Made by a program: the position numbers and the translations under genes. From contig CM074515.1 in the NCBI GenBank assembly GCA_037379345.1, positions 22,072,001 through 22,136,000 on the forward strand: a DNA stretch of 64,000 nt, written 5' to 3'. Under the pieces are notes generated by a model. It had not been told where the DNA came from. It did not search any database and saw nothing but the letters and a program-made list of their open reading frames with translations. The DNA is from Perna viridis (Eukaryota). Numbering within the stretch: position 1 is the first letter of the stretch; each line of letters opens with the position of its first letter. Positions 28,886 through 42,600 of this stretch are shown piece after piece.

Positions 28886-29075
28886 CTGTGAAAGTACTAT
28901 TGTTCGTGAGGTACCAATTTTTGTGGTTTTTGTGGTTAGGCCAAACCATGAAATTTGGTTCCAAACAAAAAGGAAATTTCCTTTGATGAGTTTACTGGAA
29001 ACCTAAAATCCACAAACTCGTGTTTCTTTCCTAATTCATGAAAATTGGTATCCACAAATTAAAGTACTTTCACAG
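28886..29075. mobile_element. TA-flanked MITE (Tc1/mariner-like), 190 bp
   Basis: TA|CTGTGAAAGTACT ... AGTACTTTCACAG|TA: a perfect 13-bp TIR with TA duplication. Confidence 0.8.
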
Positions 29076-29774
29076 TATATTTTGAACACATTGACTGCTT
29101 GGGGAGAGTTTTCAGACTACAGATTTGGTGTTTTGGTACACCAAATACCGTCTAGCTGCCTGCATTTAAATAATCATTTTCTTGCATATTATTTTTATCT
29201 TACAATGATCATTCTTTGGTTTTTATGCCCCTTCCTCAAACTTTCCAGGCTGTATAGATTCACCCTTTTCTGTCATTCCACCCTACCCTTCGTTTATTCT
29301 GCAACAAAATGTGTTCTTAACTTATTTCCTTAACCCTTGCTCCATATTCACCACATCTATCAATCTACATCACAAAACTTTTTATTTATTCATAGATGAA
29401 CATTTTTGGACTTTTTTAAAGTCATTTTATCAGTTCAGCTGGTTCTTGGCTTGTTCTGCTTCAATAGTTAACAATCCCAATCTAAAAAAATATGAACTTT
29501 TCATTACATGTATTAGAAAATAAAATGAGAGCTTCGTGTTTTCAACAGAAAACAGCTTGTCATGAAAGTTCTTTTTTTTTTTTTTTTTTTCATGAAGGTT
29601 TTTTTTTTTTTTTTTTTTTTTGCATTTCATACAACCATACTTCTATGACGGAAATAATGTGTGTCTGTCTGACCATCTATTTGTCTTTCACACTCAGCAC
29701 AATGACCCAAAAGTACCAATTTTTGTGACACTTTTATAATGTTTTTTTTTTCACTGATGTGAGCTTTCTTTTGA

Positions 29775-30406
29775 TTTTTATGCCCATCTGTCTGTCTAGT
29801 CCGGGCATGTTATAGTTAACTGGTGTCCTTATATTTGTTTGTCCATCCATCAAAAACATTTTCTCAATAACTCAAAATACTGCTACCATTTTTTTTAAAA
29901 CTTTGTTGAATTGTTTCCTTCTATTGACGTGAGCTCCCTTTCAGTTTTTTTTTTTTTTTTTTTTTTTTTTCAAATTTCCTCTTTTTCATTTTTGAGTTAT
30001 GGGACTTGATTAATACAAAAATGGGGTGGTTTTATGTTTTTGGACTATAACTCAAAACTTTGGTGAATTGTTTATTTTTATTGATTTTAGCTCCCTTTTA
30101 ATTTTTGAAAATTTCCAATTTTAAGATTTAGAGTTATGGGATTTTGCTCATAAAAAAAGGGGGGTTTCATAGTTTTCTTACTATAACTCAATAGTGATTG
30201 CACCCATTTTCATGAAACATTAGAAAATTGATTATTACTATTGATGTCAGTTCCCTCTTCAATTAATATGAATGTCTAATTTTTCGTTTTTTTGTTATTC
30301 AAATTAATTCATAAAAAGGGGGATTTACCATTATTACACAATAACTTCAAATTGTTTCAAGCAATTTTCATGAAACTGTTGAATTAATACTTTATTATTA
30401 TTATTG

Positions 30407-30437
<31 letters not shown>

Positions 30438-30880
30438 AAGCTTCTTTCTGATTACACAGTATGTGTCAAATATTTAAATTGAATTTTGAGTCAAGCTTGA
30501 ATAGTATGTCCATAATTGCTCCATCTGTTTCAGTTAGACCTATGCATGTGTATCTAGCAGGCCTCTGTGAAGCATTTTATTATAAATGTCAGAATTCTCG
30601 CTTTTCAGTTATGGGATTTTATTCATACAAAAATTGAGTAATTTTCAGTTTTGGGGATATAACTCGAAAACTTTGGAACTTAGGTGAATTATTTATATTA
30701 ATGAAGGCTCCCTCTTGATTTTTTAAAAGTCTGGTTGTCAATTTCTGATTTTCTGTTTTCAAGTTATTGAACGTTATGCATAACTTGGGGTTTCTCGTAT
30801 TTCCATGCTTGTCCAAACTCTTCAGGATCCGACCTCTGCGGTCGTTTCATGCTGAGCCCTGTGAAGCATTTTATTCATTC
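29775..30880 (+). repeat. Degenerate satellite-carrying element(s) with ~150-180 bp repeat units
   Basis: Starts tttttatgccc..ctgtctgtc. Recurrent ataactcaaa..gaattgtt..tattga.gtgagctccct units; ctgtgaagcattttatt ends at ~30566 and ~30859; embedded (ATT)n at 30394-30433. Confidence 0.5.
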
Positions 30881-33413
30881 GTAGAATCGCTTTAAAAAAA
30901 CCGTTGAACTAAGGTCACGTGGTCTATTTGTTGTCCTTAGTTACAACTGTGTACCCGTCTACATTTCAAATATATATCATTATTTGGTTTATAGCATGGC
31001 ATTTAAGTCTTTATTCCGTTTACCCAACTGTCAATATACTGGAACTCTACAACTGAAGGAATTGAGAAGTTTGGAATTGAGGACACCAAAAATGAATCGT
31101 CAACTCGAACTGGCTTGATTAATTAATTAGACCGGTAAGTTAATTGAATTAGTTCAGTACAATTGATTGTTTACTTCCGGTATCATTGATATTTGTTTTT
31201 CAAACACATTTCAATGCCCACGCGATACACTTACGGAGAGCTACTTTACAATTGATTGAAAGTAATTTCTTTAACTTAGGATGTCGATTTAAACTACTAC
31301 ACATTTAATTCGATTTTAATTGAGTAGAGTATTAAATAAGTTGTGGACAAGTTATGTTTTAGTTTATAAAGCTCTTTATGTCATTTATATTTCTGCCAAT
31401 CTGATAATTCTGCTACTGTATTTATATCATAAATAGGTTCTATTTATATACTTCAAGTCAACTGAAAACCTCCTTATTAAGTTTATTGACAAGCAATTAT
31501 TATCTTTACTTATATGCATATTACGCAAGAAAAAAAAACGTGTTTAACAAATGCAAAAAAAAATATATCTCAAAGCAATGTATGGATAAATAATTAAGTA
31601 AACAATTAGTACTGTGTTATTAAGACAAGTGAATATTGCTTTAAAAAACATTTTTCGTCTTAAAAAATGGTGCCCCAGGTTCTGGCTCTTGACCCGCCAC
31701 TGCATATAAACCAATAGATGTCAAGACAATTAGTATCAGTATATTCGGTAATTGCTTAAATTTTCCGTCATGCGCACTTTTGTCTAATAGAAAATTGTCG
31801 CGTCAATATTTACAATTCTCGTCAAAACATACGTACACAGTATAGTTACTCGTAAGGGCAAGCTTTTTGTCCCCTATCCGTATACCGGTAAAAATTTACA
31901 CACTGGTATGGCCTGGAAAATAGTAGTTAAAAATTATTAGCTTGTCATGCATATTTAATGGTCCTTGAAGCATATCATAGTCTTCTATTTGATCGTTCGG
32001 TGTCCAGTTAGTATACAATAATTTCAAGAATGTACAACTACGTCGTCAGTTTTATTTATTGTACATACCTACTGTATGTTCGTTGAAGCAGATCTTGTTT
32101 ATACCTATGTCAGGCTTATTCTTTAAGCAAATTGCCCGAGCGTTTACACCATTTTTCTTGAGTCATTATGGAGTTTTTTCATCTTTAAGTAGAATATCTT
32201 TTTCAAATGTAAGTTGACTTATATAATATGTTGTGATTGTGCCATTTAGCCTCTTTTCTATCTATTTAGTGTATGTTTTTTTAATCTGAAATGGGCGTGA
32301 ACTCAGGTGCTCAGGAAGGGTTAGCAGTTCCCGCTTATTGAGACCCTTCAAGTGTGCAGAGGAAATGCATATTCGAATAAGGATACTTTGATGACGTCTT
32401 TAAAATATCGGACATGTCGACTACCTAGCTTTGTCGAATTTCGGTTTGTCCGTTTGTCTACTCCTCGTTTTTTATTCCTTATACCTAGGGTTGCACTGAA
32501 GCAACATTGCAAATATGTATCACCAATATAATCTTTTAATATCAGGAAATATAGTACAGAATATCGAACGATTATTATCACAAGAACATGATTTACTGTG
32601 TATCAAGTGCTGTTCTCTGTAAGAAACAAGCAGTGGGTGAATCATGATGAAACATACAAATCTTTCTTATTCAAAATTTTGTATGATACACAGAAATAGT
32701 ATTCATTCCTTTTTGGAGTGTCAGTAATTCGAGGCATTGCAATTGTATCATCAGAGGGAGATAACCAACTTTCAATTATATCATTCTACAGTAACTTTGA
32801 GCTCGCTTTTCTATAGCTTCTCGCACTTCTAAGACGAATGAACTGTCAATTTGTCTTCTACATGTGCCAACATTGTCAAATTCGTGTGGTTTTTTTTCTC
32901 AGCATGATTCATTATTATTCAATTTTGCCTGATTCTTACAGACTTCAGTACTTAAAACATCGGCTACATGTGATAATTAGTTTCACATGTTAATCTTTAT
33001 AAGTATGAAGAAGTATCGTTGCCAAATCATAAATAAAGTTTTGACCATCCCACCTTTAATGACCTTTCATGTATTCATGTGTTTTGTATTGCTGACACTG
33101 GATTTTTTTTTGTGCCGATTCGTACCGTTTTAATTCTTTGGATTTATATACTGATGTAAAATGACGGACATAGCCACAATTCAGTAGGTTTTATTCTCTT
33201 CAGAATAAGTTTTAAAAAATCAGATTCTTTTTGCATCGTTCGTTTTATCCCTTCCCATCTCGTGCGTACTTGTAAAATCTTCACAAATTAACAATAAAAT
33301 TGACGTATTTATTATTAGCATTATGTTTCATAGTTAGTTATTTGAAAATCAGTTCAAAATAGTATACGTATTTAATGAAACCTTTTTCTTGTTTCAGACT
33401 TTTACTACCAAGT

Positions 33414-36400
33414 ATGGATGAACTGGAGGATACGTCGGTCATATTCAAACCAAAGCGACAAACGACGTCAAATGTATCGTCTGGTACGACATCAGAAGAT
33501 GGTGATTATAAGGCACTGAACGCAAAGAGGAAGGTAGGTTGATGATTTGATAGTTCAGTATGCCGATTATTTTTTCTTGTTTTGTTGTCATGTTGTTTTG
33601 TTGAATTTATGTTTGTTTGTTTTTGTTTATGTTTTTGTTTGTTTTTTGTTTTGTTTTGTTTTGTTTTTTATTTGTTTCGACGGTTTTGTTTTTGTTTGTT
33701 TTTGTGTTGTCGCTGTAGTTGTTAAACACTTCTGTTTTATGTTAACTGGATAATGAATAAGGTTTTGTAAATGTGACCTGTATACAATTATGAGTAGAAG
33801 AATGTGATTTCTCAGAACTTGTAGAGAAAAAAAATGTGGGCGTTTTAAACATTTAATATACAACTATTCTTTTGCAGGCTCGATCAAAAGACAGAGAAAG
33901 TTTTGATGTCGCCATATTAGAGACTTCTGAAACGCCAACTGAAATAACGGATGAGCCTACACCAGCATTAAGACGAACGTCGGTCGTTGATACTAGATAT
34001 GAAGAATTCCGAAGAAGGTTATTCAGTGCCGTTGAAGAGGGCAATAAGTCCGAGGTTTCACAAGCTATTACGTCTCTACCTACCAATATATCTCCGTCAG
34101 ATGATGCCCTCAGGGAGACGGTTACAGGGAAAAACATCCTACACGTTGCCTTGGAGAACAAACAGATTGAACTTGCAAGGTATATTATAGAAAACAGTTC
34201 AGCCGATTTGTTAATACAAAGATACAAGGCTGAAATAGACCACAAAACAGCACTCCACCTTATCACGGGATTAAATAGTATTGAACTTGCTAAATCTTTT
34301 CTAAACAAACTTCGCACTAAACAAGCTCAGGTTGATGCGATCAAGGCCGAAACGACTGTAGAAGCTCAGGGACAGCGCCCAAGAAGTCTTTCATCATTTC
34401 ATCTTGCAGCGTTTAAAGGTTACACTGGGTTAGTCAGGCTGTACGTTGAGACTGGAATTGATATTAATTTACTGAACTCCAAACGAGATACAGCGCTACT
34501 TTGGGCTTCACGTTGGGGCCATTTAGAGACCGTCGCTTATCTGTTGGAAATGAAAGCAGATTGTTCGTTAGAAAATGACAAAAACTCAACAGCCCTACAC
34601 TGGGCCGTACGGTATGAACATTATGATGTTGTTTGTTTCCTTTTGACAAAAGGAAAAGCGAATCCGAATCAGGAAAGACTTCAGGGGTTAGTAGTTCCAA
34701 TTGTTTTGGCCGCTGCCCTTGGGAACGCCCGGATAACTGAACTTTTACTTGATCATGGCGCTCAAGTAAACCATGTCATACGTAGTGGCGAGACCCCATT
34801 ACACGTAGCTGCAAAGGAAGGCAACTCATCAGTTGTTGCTATTCTACTTCATCGCAAAGCAGCGGTTAACCGACAAGACGATAATGGTAATACTCCGCTC
34901 ATCAATGCTGCATCTAACAATCATCTGAAATCTGTTGATTTGTTGATGAAAGCAGGAGCAGAAGCAACAATAAAAAACCACATGGGGAATGATAGTTGGC
35001 ATTTTGCTCTGCTAAGTGATAATGACGAAGTCCTTCGCATAATTTGTAAGCATTCAAAAAATTGCAAAATTCCTCATTTGACCGCTGCAAAGCTAGGACG
35101 AGAGAGAAAAATCCAAGTACTACAACAAACTGGCATTGACATTAGAGAGGTCGATGACGATGGAAACTCGCTTCTTCATTACGCAGCTTGTTATGACCAG
35201 GATCAAGTCATTTCTGAGTTTCATCGTCTGGTTGATGTTAATGTTCAAAACAAAAAGGGCAATACCGCTCTTCATGTTGCATGCCTCAAAGGACACATTC
35301 AGTCCATTGAAGCCCTGACGAACTGCAAAGCAGCAGCTGACATTAAGAACAAAGATGGCAGAATATCTTTGCACATTGCTGCCTTGAGTCCTAACACCAC
35401 ACCAGAAATGGCTTCTCATCTCATTGAATACACGATAAAATCACATGCCTGGGAAAGTCTGAACTCTGTCGACATAAAAGGTGACAATGCATTACATCTT
35501 GCAGCTGAAAATGCAAGTCCAGATGTGCTATGGGAGTTCAGATATGTTCGCTTTAAAGACGTAGATAAAAAGGGAAATACCCCACTACACGATGCGGTCA
35601 GACCAGAACACCCGGAAGTTTTAGAAACAATGCTCGATATATTCGAATCGATGCAACGTGATGGAAACATTAACACTTCTAACAGACAAAAAGAAACCGT
35701 CCTGCACCTTGTTGCTTCTGAAGGATTTCAGGAAAGTGTCACCAGGATTGTTTTTCTTGGTGGCGATTTAGCATCTCAGGACATTAATGGCAACACCGTT
35801 CTCCACAGATTAATACTCGAAGCTACACAAACAAACAGGAGTGGAGAATTTCGGCATATCGGAATGGTTGATACCCTTTTGAATTGTGCAGCAAGATGGT
35901 GGTGTATGCGAAACAGTCTCCAAATACCAAATAAAGCAGATGATAAGTATTTGGACTACAAAAGACAAGCAGTTACTTACCTTATATACGAAATTAAAAA
36001 CCATGACAATATGCCAGTGTTAGGATTGGCATGCAGAGAAGCAGCATATGAAATACTATCGAAATTAATGCAGGTTGAAGGCGTCACATGTTTCCGGGAG
36101 GACAACTGCATTTTGTATGACGTAACTTACTTTACGCCAAAAACTTGTCTTTCACAGAAAAAGTCTTTCTTAGGACAAAGGATTGAACAAGCACCAGATT
36201 CTCCATCTAAACCCGTCACCAAAACTCAAAGTGCAACATCGTTTCTTCAATTACTTACAAAACAACAAAATAAACAACGAGGAGCTTGCGTCCTTAATAT
36301 TCCACCTTTAAAGAAGATAGAGGAAATGTTTAAAACCGTTTGCATGGTTACATATATGGTCATGATGATACTTCATGTATTGTACATGAGCGTTTTTAGC

Positions 36401-37477
36401 TATGCCAGCATAACACTATTGGGAAAACTTCGAAACGATACAGATTTGCCGAGTTCGGAATTTATATTGGTATATGCTTGGGTGCCTATAGAACCATTTG
36501 TAATTCTTATATATGTTTTGGTTTCGTTTATTAGTTTGCTCAAACGAGGGGATCGAGTAACTTCTATAAGCTATCGATTTATTCTTCTATTCATGACTTT
36601 TTCTATCCTGGCAATTGCCTGGTTAGTTCTTGTCGGTCTTAGGAATGATAGTAATGACTATGTTCTCGCTGTTGTGCTTTGTATCGGTTGGTTGCTGACG
36701 ATTGCATTTACTGGTGGAATCAAAGGAATACACTATTTCTGGCGCATGCTTAGAAACATGATTGTGAAAGACATATTTCGGTTTCTAGTGTTTTACACAA
36801 TAGTGTGGTTCGCATTTACTTTCGCATTTCATGCTGTCTTCCAGATATCTCAGTCTATAGTGGATACTTACCCTACTCCTGGTGATACACTGTTCATGGT
36901 GTTTAATCTCATGATCGGGATGGCAGAGATCTTTGACGACAACTATGAGGACGGGATGTCCTCTGTTGGAAGGTCCACTGCATACAGCAAAGTTTTGTAC
37001 ATGCTTTATATAATATCTTCAACAATAATACTACTCAATCTCTTAATTGCTATGATGAACGACTCGTATTCAAGCATTTTGGCACATGAGAAAGTTATCT
37101 GGAGAATAGATTCAGTCGATATTGGAATCAACATAGAAAAAACTATACCATGGATTACATCCCCTTTTAAATGGTTACGCAAAAGGACTATGAACGATAA
37201 AACGATTGACCAAATAGGCGAGCGTTGGTTTGTTCGGATTATCGATGGAGAAACGATTGGCAAAGACAAAAAAGAGGACGCCTCTTTGGCTGAATTTATA
37301 AAAATAGAACTAGATAACCAAATTAAAAACATTGACAAAAGAGTGACAGGTCTTGAACAAAACATGAAAGACACACATCTGAAATTAGATGAAGCTTCTA
37401 ACAAGCTGGAATCTTTAATAGAATTGTCACGAAAGAAAAAGTCAAAAAAGGATAAAAAGAAGCATAAGGAAAATTGA
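33414..37477 (+). CDS. TRP cation channel, TRPV-like pore module with long (~17-19) ankyrin-repeat N-terminus; paralogue A (~1239 aa)
   Basis: Coding exon 1 33414-33533 (MDELEDT..NAKRK|gtaggt) is spliced in phase 0 to one 3600-nt exon, 33878-37477. Features: many ankyrin repeats (GETPLHVAA, GNTALHVAC, QDINGNTVLH), six hydrophobic segments, DIFRFLVFY (S4-S5/S5), pore LMIGMAE, S6/TRP region LLNLLIAMMNDSY..W, a C-terminal heptad region and a polybasic tail. Confidence 0.9.
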
Positions 37478-37811
37478 AAATATGAATGTGAGCATTTAGA
37501 AAAACAAAATACAGCATTGGAAAATAGTTTTAGGTACGACATTCCTTCAAATTAACATACTCTGCCATTGAGCAAGTTCCTACATTTTTATTTATTCAAT
37601 ACTCATGCATGGAAGGGCTATTTACTTATATCCTAGATATTGGTGAAAAAACTCTCATTATTTCTTCATTTTTTTCTATGTTTGTAGCCAGGAAAGTCAA
37701 TGTCAATACATATTTATATATAAGTTGTTTTACTTATTTACTTCCGTTTGTTGTTAAATCTGTTTAGTTCATTATTATACGAGGTACGCATTTATATTCT
37801 TGATTATAGAA

Positions 37812-37930
37812 AGTTGCAGATCCAGGAATTCCGAAAGTGGGGGCGCTGACCGACCTAAGGGAAACACTCCAGTGATTTTCAATTTTTCCCATGCAATTAA
37901 CCAAACCCCGCCCCCTTGGATCCGCCTATG
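37812..37930. mobile_element. GGATCC-type MITE downstream of TRP paralogue A
   Basis: gcagatccagg..ggggg ... cccccttggatccgcctatg. Confidence 0.6.
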
Positions 37931-39248
37931 CAGTGTATGGTTTGGAGGGGATGGCAAAAATAAAACTTAATACCACAATGAGGAGAGGCTTAATTATCCT
38001 GCAGAGATCTTTGGTATCGAAAAGTTGCACAATGCATAAAAGAGTTTTGAATAAATATTACATGGATTACTAAAGTAGTACTGACAAATACAAAGGAAAT
38101 GTACTATAATTGTTGCCGTAAAGCAAACGCACAAAACGAACAAATAACAAAACCTTTCTGCTTTGTGATAATGCGGAGTTGTTTAAACTTTTTAAAGCAG
38201 GTTTGTGGTCGACTATGTGTTGTCACGAACAACTTCACCATTCTGGTTTTATCAATTAACGACGATCATGATGAAAATTAAGATCAGGGTTCCCATAATT
38301 CTGGAGCAAAAATATACCAAGAAAACTGACCTAATACCATAAATAATACAACCTAACTACAACTAAGTAGTAAACGAGCAACCCCGGGGTCCACTAAAAA
38401 ACCAGGGATTGTGCACCAGTAAAGTAAGGGTCATCTGCTTGTTGCTTTTATGATGGCAAATTCGGATTAAACCAAAGAAGGAATCCACGCCACCGTAAAT
38501 TCAACATCGGTATTATGAAAGACTTCAATAAATCAAGGTTTAAATGATCATCAGAACCAATACACAACAAGAAAAAATAAGCTAACTGTGAGCAAACGGA
38601 ATGGGTTTAAATGAAAAAAAATACCGATGTCCAGAAAATATTTTTGGTTCTATGTGGGGAGGCATCAAAAGTGTCATTTTGAATTCTCGGGTCAATTGCA
38701 TGTTGCTTCTAAAACTCGTATAGATACAATTATGCTACTTAACTGCATATTTTAGGTTTTATTTTTGAGAAACATATTTTAAATGGAAGACTGCGGGAGA
38801 ACAAAAACAGTTCTGTTTTTCTTTATCTTAGATTATATTTGAACTAGTGCCTTACAAGCCAAACTGTATTGTTTCCATTTATAAAACTTTTGGATTGTTT
38901 TTGTTGGTTTTCATTCAGCCACTGGATAATTATTTTAGTTATTACTAAGGAACATACCGTTTCCATCTCGGGGTGGGTGGGCTGGGATTTTATGTTGAGT
39001 TAAAAAGAAAACAGAGGCAACATGTAATATTATTTTTGGAAAATCTACTTTAATAAAAGTAACGATGGAGATATTGAATCATATTTTTATTCGCCATGAA
39101 AGAGTAAACAAAGTTTTGGTCAAATTTTGCATAATATGTAAATTTCAGATTCTAAATGTATATTTCACAAAGACAGCTACGTATTACTTTAGCATTTTCT
39201 TGCATATTACTGGTGCATGTGCGCACCGCCAAAGATCATGATAAGACT

Positions 39249-39424
39249 CTGGGCTGATCTAGATACTTTGAAAAGGAGGAGTACCAGCCGTTGTTCCTCA
39301 GAAATGGGAAAAGCTAGGTCATCATTTACTGGGTTTTTTTTGTCAATATTACACATGAAAATGGCAAATTTTCGAAAAAAAGAGGGGTTGCTAACACTTG
39401 CACCCTCCCCCGGATCCGCCACTG
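39249..39424. mobile_element. GGATCC-type MITE just upstream of, or within the 5' end of, the LINE
   Basis: gggctgatctag ... ccccggatccgccactg. Confidence 0.55.
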
Positions 39425-39649
39425 TGTCACGTTAACGGTTATGGTTAAATAATTGTATAGTGCAGCGATATATATTCAATTCGGTCAAGATGTTTTAGTA
39501 TTTTTTAACTTTAAACTGAAAACTGTCAGAAAAATTTTACTGATAAAAAATTATTTAACTGACAAATTTGAAGTTCTATACCACGTTTCATTAAATCGAA
39601 CTGACACAAAAGTTCAAATTAAACGAAAAAAGATCAGTTTCACTTAAGT

Positions 39650-42600
39650 ATGCAAAATATGCAGCTGATTGATGAAACCTATAAAATCATACGACGAATC
39701 CCAGCTTCAGTTAGTCAGTATACTTTAAAAATGTTATTTAGATCTTAGAAAGAGTAGCCTGGCAAAAAATGTCGACAAAATTACAAACCGTGTGAACGAA
39801 ATAGAAAAAAGTATGGAATTCATGAACGAAAAATTTGAACAAAACCAAACTGATTGTAAAACTATGACATCTTCGATCGCCAGCCTATAGGCCGAACACG
39901 ATGACGTATCAGAAGATGTGGATAAACTTAGAACCGATTAAGATAACCTTTTTGAAAGACACATTGACTTACAAACAAGGTCAATGCGAGAAAATTTAGT
40001 CTTTACAGGAATCCCTGTTCCTGTCGAAGGTGAAACAGAAGACACTGAAGTAGTTATTAAAAATTTTATGACAAACCAAATGCAGATGAAAAGCCCTATC
40101 GAATTCCATAGAGTTCATCGTTTTGGTAAAGAGTAAGGTGTCAAAGATCCACAAAACGGTCGTACACTGTACGCAACCAGACCTATAGTATGTAGATTTA
40201 AATGCTATAAAGATCGTGAAACAGTTCGAAGTGCCGCTGCCAATCTACAAGGTACCCGATTCGGTGTAAATGAGCAGTACCCAAAGGAAATTAATGACCG
40301 TCGGAAAGTTCTATGGCCTTTCTACAAGGAAGCTAAAAATCGGCGAAAAAAGCTCATTTCAGGAAAGATAAATTATTTATTGATGGTAGTGAATTTATTC
40401 CACCAGTTACGAGCGAAGCCGATATGGAAACAAATGAGAGACTTCCTACCCGTGAACAAGGAGCCCTACCTTAGTTTGAATTGCAACCAACTCGAGGACG
40501 TGGTAGACCCCGCAGAGGACCCCAGAGACAGACATAATTCGGTCAAGGACGATCAACGGTTAATAGACAGAGTTATGACGAGACTAACTCTACCGTAACT
40601 GACGGTCATTATGAAAACCTTGTCAATAATAACAATGTTCTTCCTGAACAGTGTTTACACTTCTTAGTCTTAAACGTTTGTTGTGTTAAGAATAGAATTT
40701 TATACCCTGAGTTTAGAGATCTTCTAAACGAAAATGATATTATTTGTTTAACAGAATCTAAAAAAGATGACTTGGATGTTATAAATTTAGATAATTTCGC
40801 ATTTTTCTACAAAAATAGAAAAACCTTGTTGGTTGTAAAAAGGAGTTTGAAAAACATGTAGTTCCGATCGAGGCAAACTGCCCATACATTCATTGGTTCA
40901 AGCTGAATAAAAATCTTGTAAAATTGCCTAATGATGTTGTGTGTGGATTAGTTTACATTCCACCTGAAAATTATCGATATGCATCAAATGATGCATTTAA
41001 TGAGATTGAATTAAAATTTCAAATTTTGCGAAAGGATTTTTCAAACATTTTTCTTTTTGGCGATTTCAACAGTAGAACTGGTAACTATTGCATTTCTAGA
41101 GAGACAGAAAATAATAATTTTTATTATGAATTTTCTTTTTTGTTTTCTGATATACAGGAATTAGACATTTTGAATATCCCAAGAGATAGAATTTCAGTAG
41201 ACAAAACTGTAAGTAACTATGGAAGGAAATTTTTATCATTTTGTAAAAACGACAATGTGTTTATATTAAATGGGCGAATAGCTGGGGGTAGAAATGGTAA
41301 AGCAACGAGCAGAAATACAAGTGTTGTTGATTATACGTTATGTACTGCAAATATAATGCACAGGGTAAATAATTTTGAGGTGATGGATTTTAGCAGTCTC
41401 TATTCAGATATACATTCTCCTTTACATTTAGTTGTTGATATTCATAAACATCATGACTTGACGAGAGTTATGAAGAAATGCGAACTCATTATTCTGACAA
41501 AATAGGTCACTGGGACCAAAACGGATTAAACGACTATAAAAATAATAATCATCTTAACGGAGTTGAAGAGCTAAAATCATATACTAGTTTCTTATAAAAA
41601 ACTGGTGATTTTCAAAGTGCTGATCAGGATTGTATAAATAATATTGTGCTTGAAATAACAGATGTTTTGCTTTATTCGGTAAAACAAACATTCGGTGGTC
41701 GGCGGAATAGAAATGTCGTGAAAAATAATCCTGATAAAAATCAAACCAAAGATTGGTTTGACAGGGATCGTTATAGAAAGAGAAAAGATTTTCGAAAAGC
41801 GCGAAGATTGTACAAACATTATGGTTCTAATATTTTTAAATCACGCCTTAAGGCTAGTGAAAAGATCTATAACAAAGCTTTAAATAAAGTATTAAGAATT
41901 ATAAGTTTGAACTGAAGAAAAGGATGAAATCTTTGAGAACTAATAATCCTCGTGAATACTGGAATGTCCTGAATAGGGATAGACCAGTGCACAGTAATGA
42001 TATAGAAATCGATACTTTATTTGATTATTTTAAGGAGGTAAATAAGAATTATGAAGATACATCAAATGTAATTCATCCTGGCGACATTATTGTAAATGCT
42101 GAGCTTAACAAAGCTATTACTAAGGAGGAAGTTATTAGAGCTATCAAAAATGCTAAAAATAACAAGTCTCCAGCAGATGATTTTGTAATATATGAATATT
42201 TATGTGCTACTGTTGATGTTATGTCTGATGTATATGTGAATGTATTTAATATTATACTTGATACTGGAATAATGCCAGAAGCATGGCTAAATGGTAACAT
42301 TATTCCACCTTTTATAAACAAAGGTAGTAAAACTGAACCTAAGAATTATAGACCTTTTACAATTTTATCAAATCTTGGAAAAATCTTTACTTCGATATTG
42401 AACCACAGGCTGTGTAACTATTTAGAAAATAGTTCTATATTACTCCTACAAACAGGATTCAGAAGTGGATACAGTATATCTGATCATGTATTTTCTTTGT
42501 ATGCCTTATTTGAAATATCAAAGGTCAAACGAAGGAAATTACATTGTGCATTCATCGATTTTCAAAGAGCGTTTGACTCTGTTCAGAGAAATTTACTAAC

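Noticed and set aside
29430-29728. Poly-K / poly-F ORFs (also 33547-33863)
   Set aside because: They derive from poly-T and (GTTT)-rich low-complexity tracts.
33872-33877. ORF-track starts for the TRP genes (33872 and 47489)
   Set aside because: They are TTG codons in intronic acceptor regions; the real starts are in upstream 120-nt exons (33414 and 45453).
33853-37542. Antisense ORFs overlapping TRP paralogue A (e.g. 33853-34317, 37006-37542) and similar ones over other exons
   Set aside because: Shadow ORFs of real coding sequence with no recognisable motifs.
39140-39151. aaatttcagatt match to ~44195-44206 as a TSD of the large LINE
   Set aside because: The match is offset ~11 nt from the apparent 3' end and is AT-rich, so it cannot be distinguished from chance.
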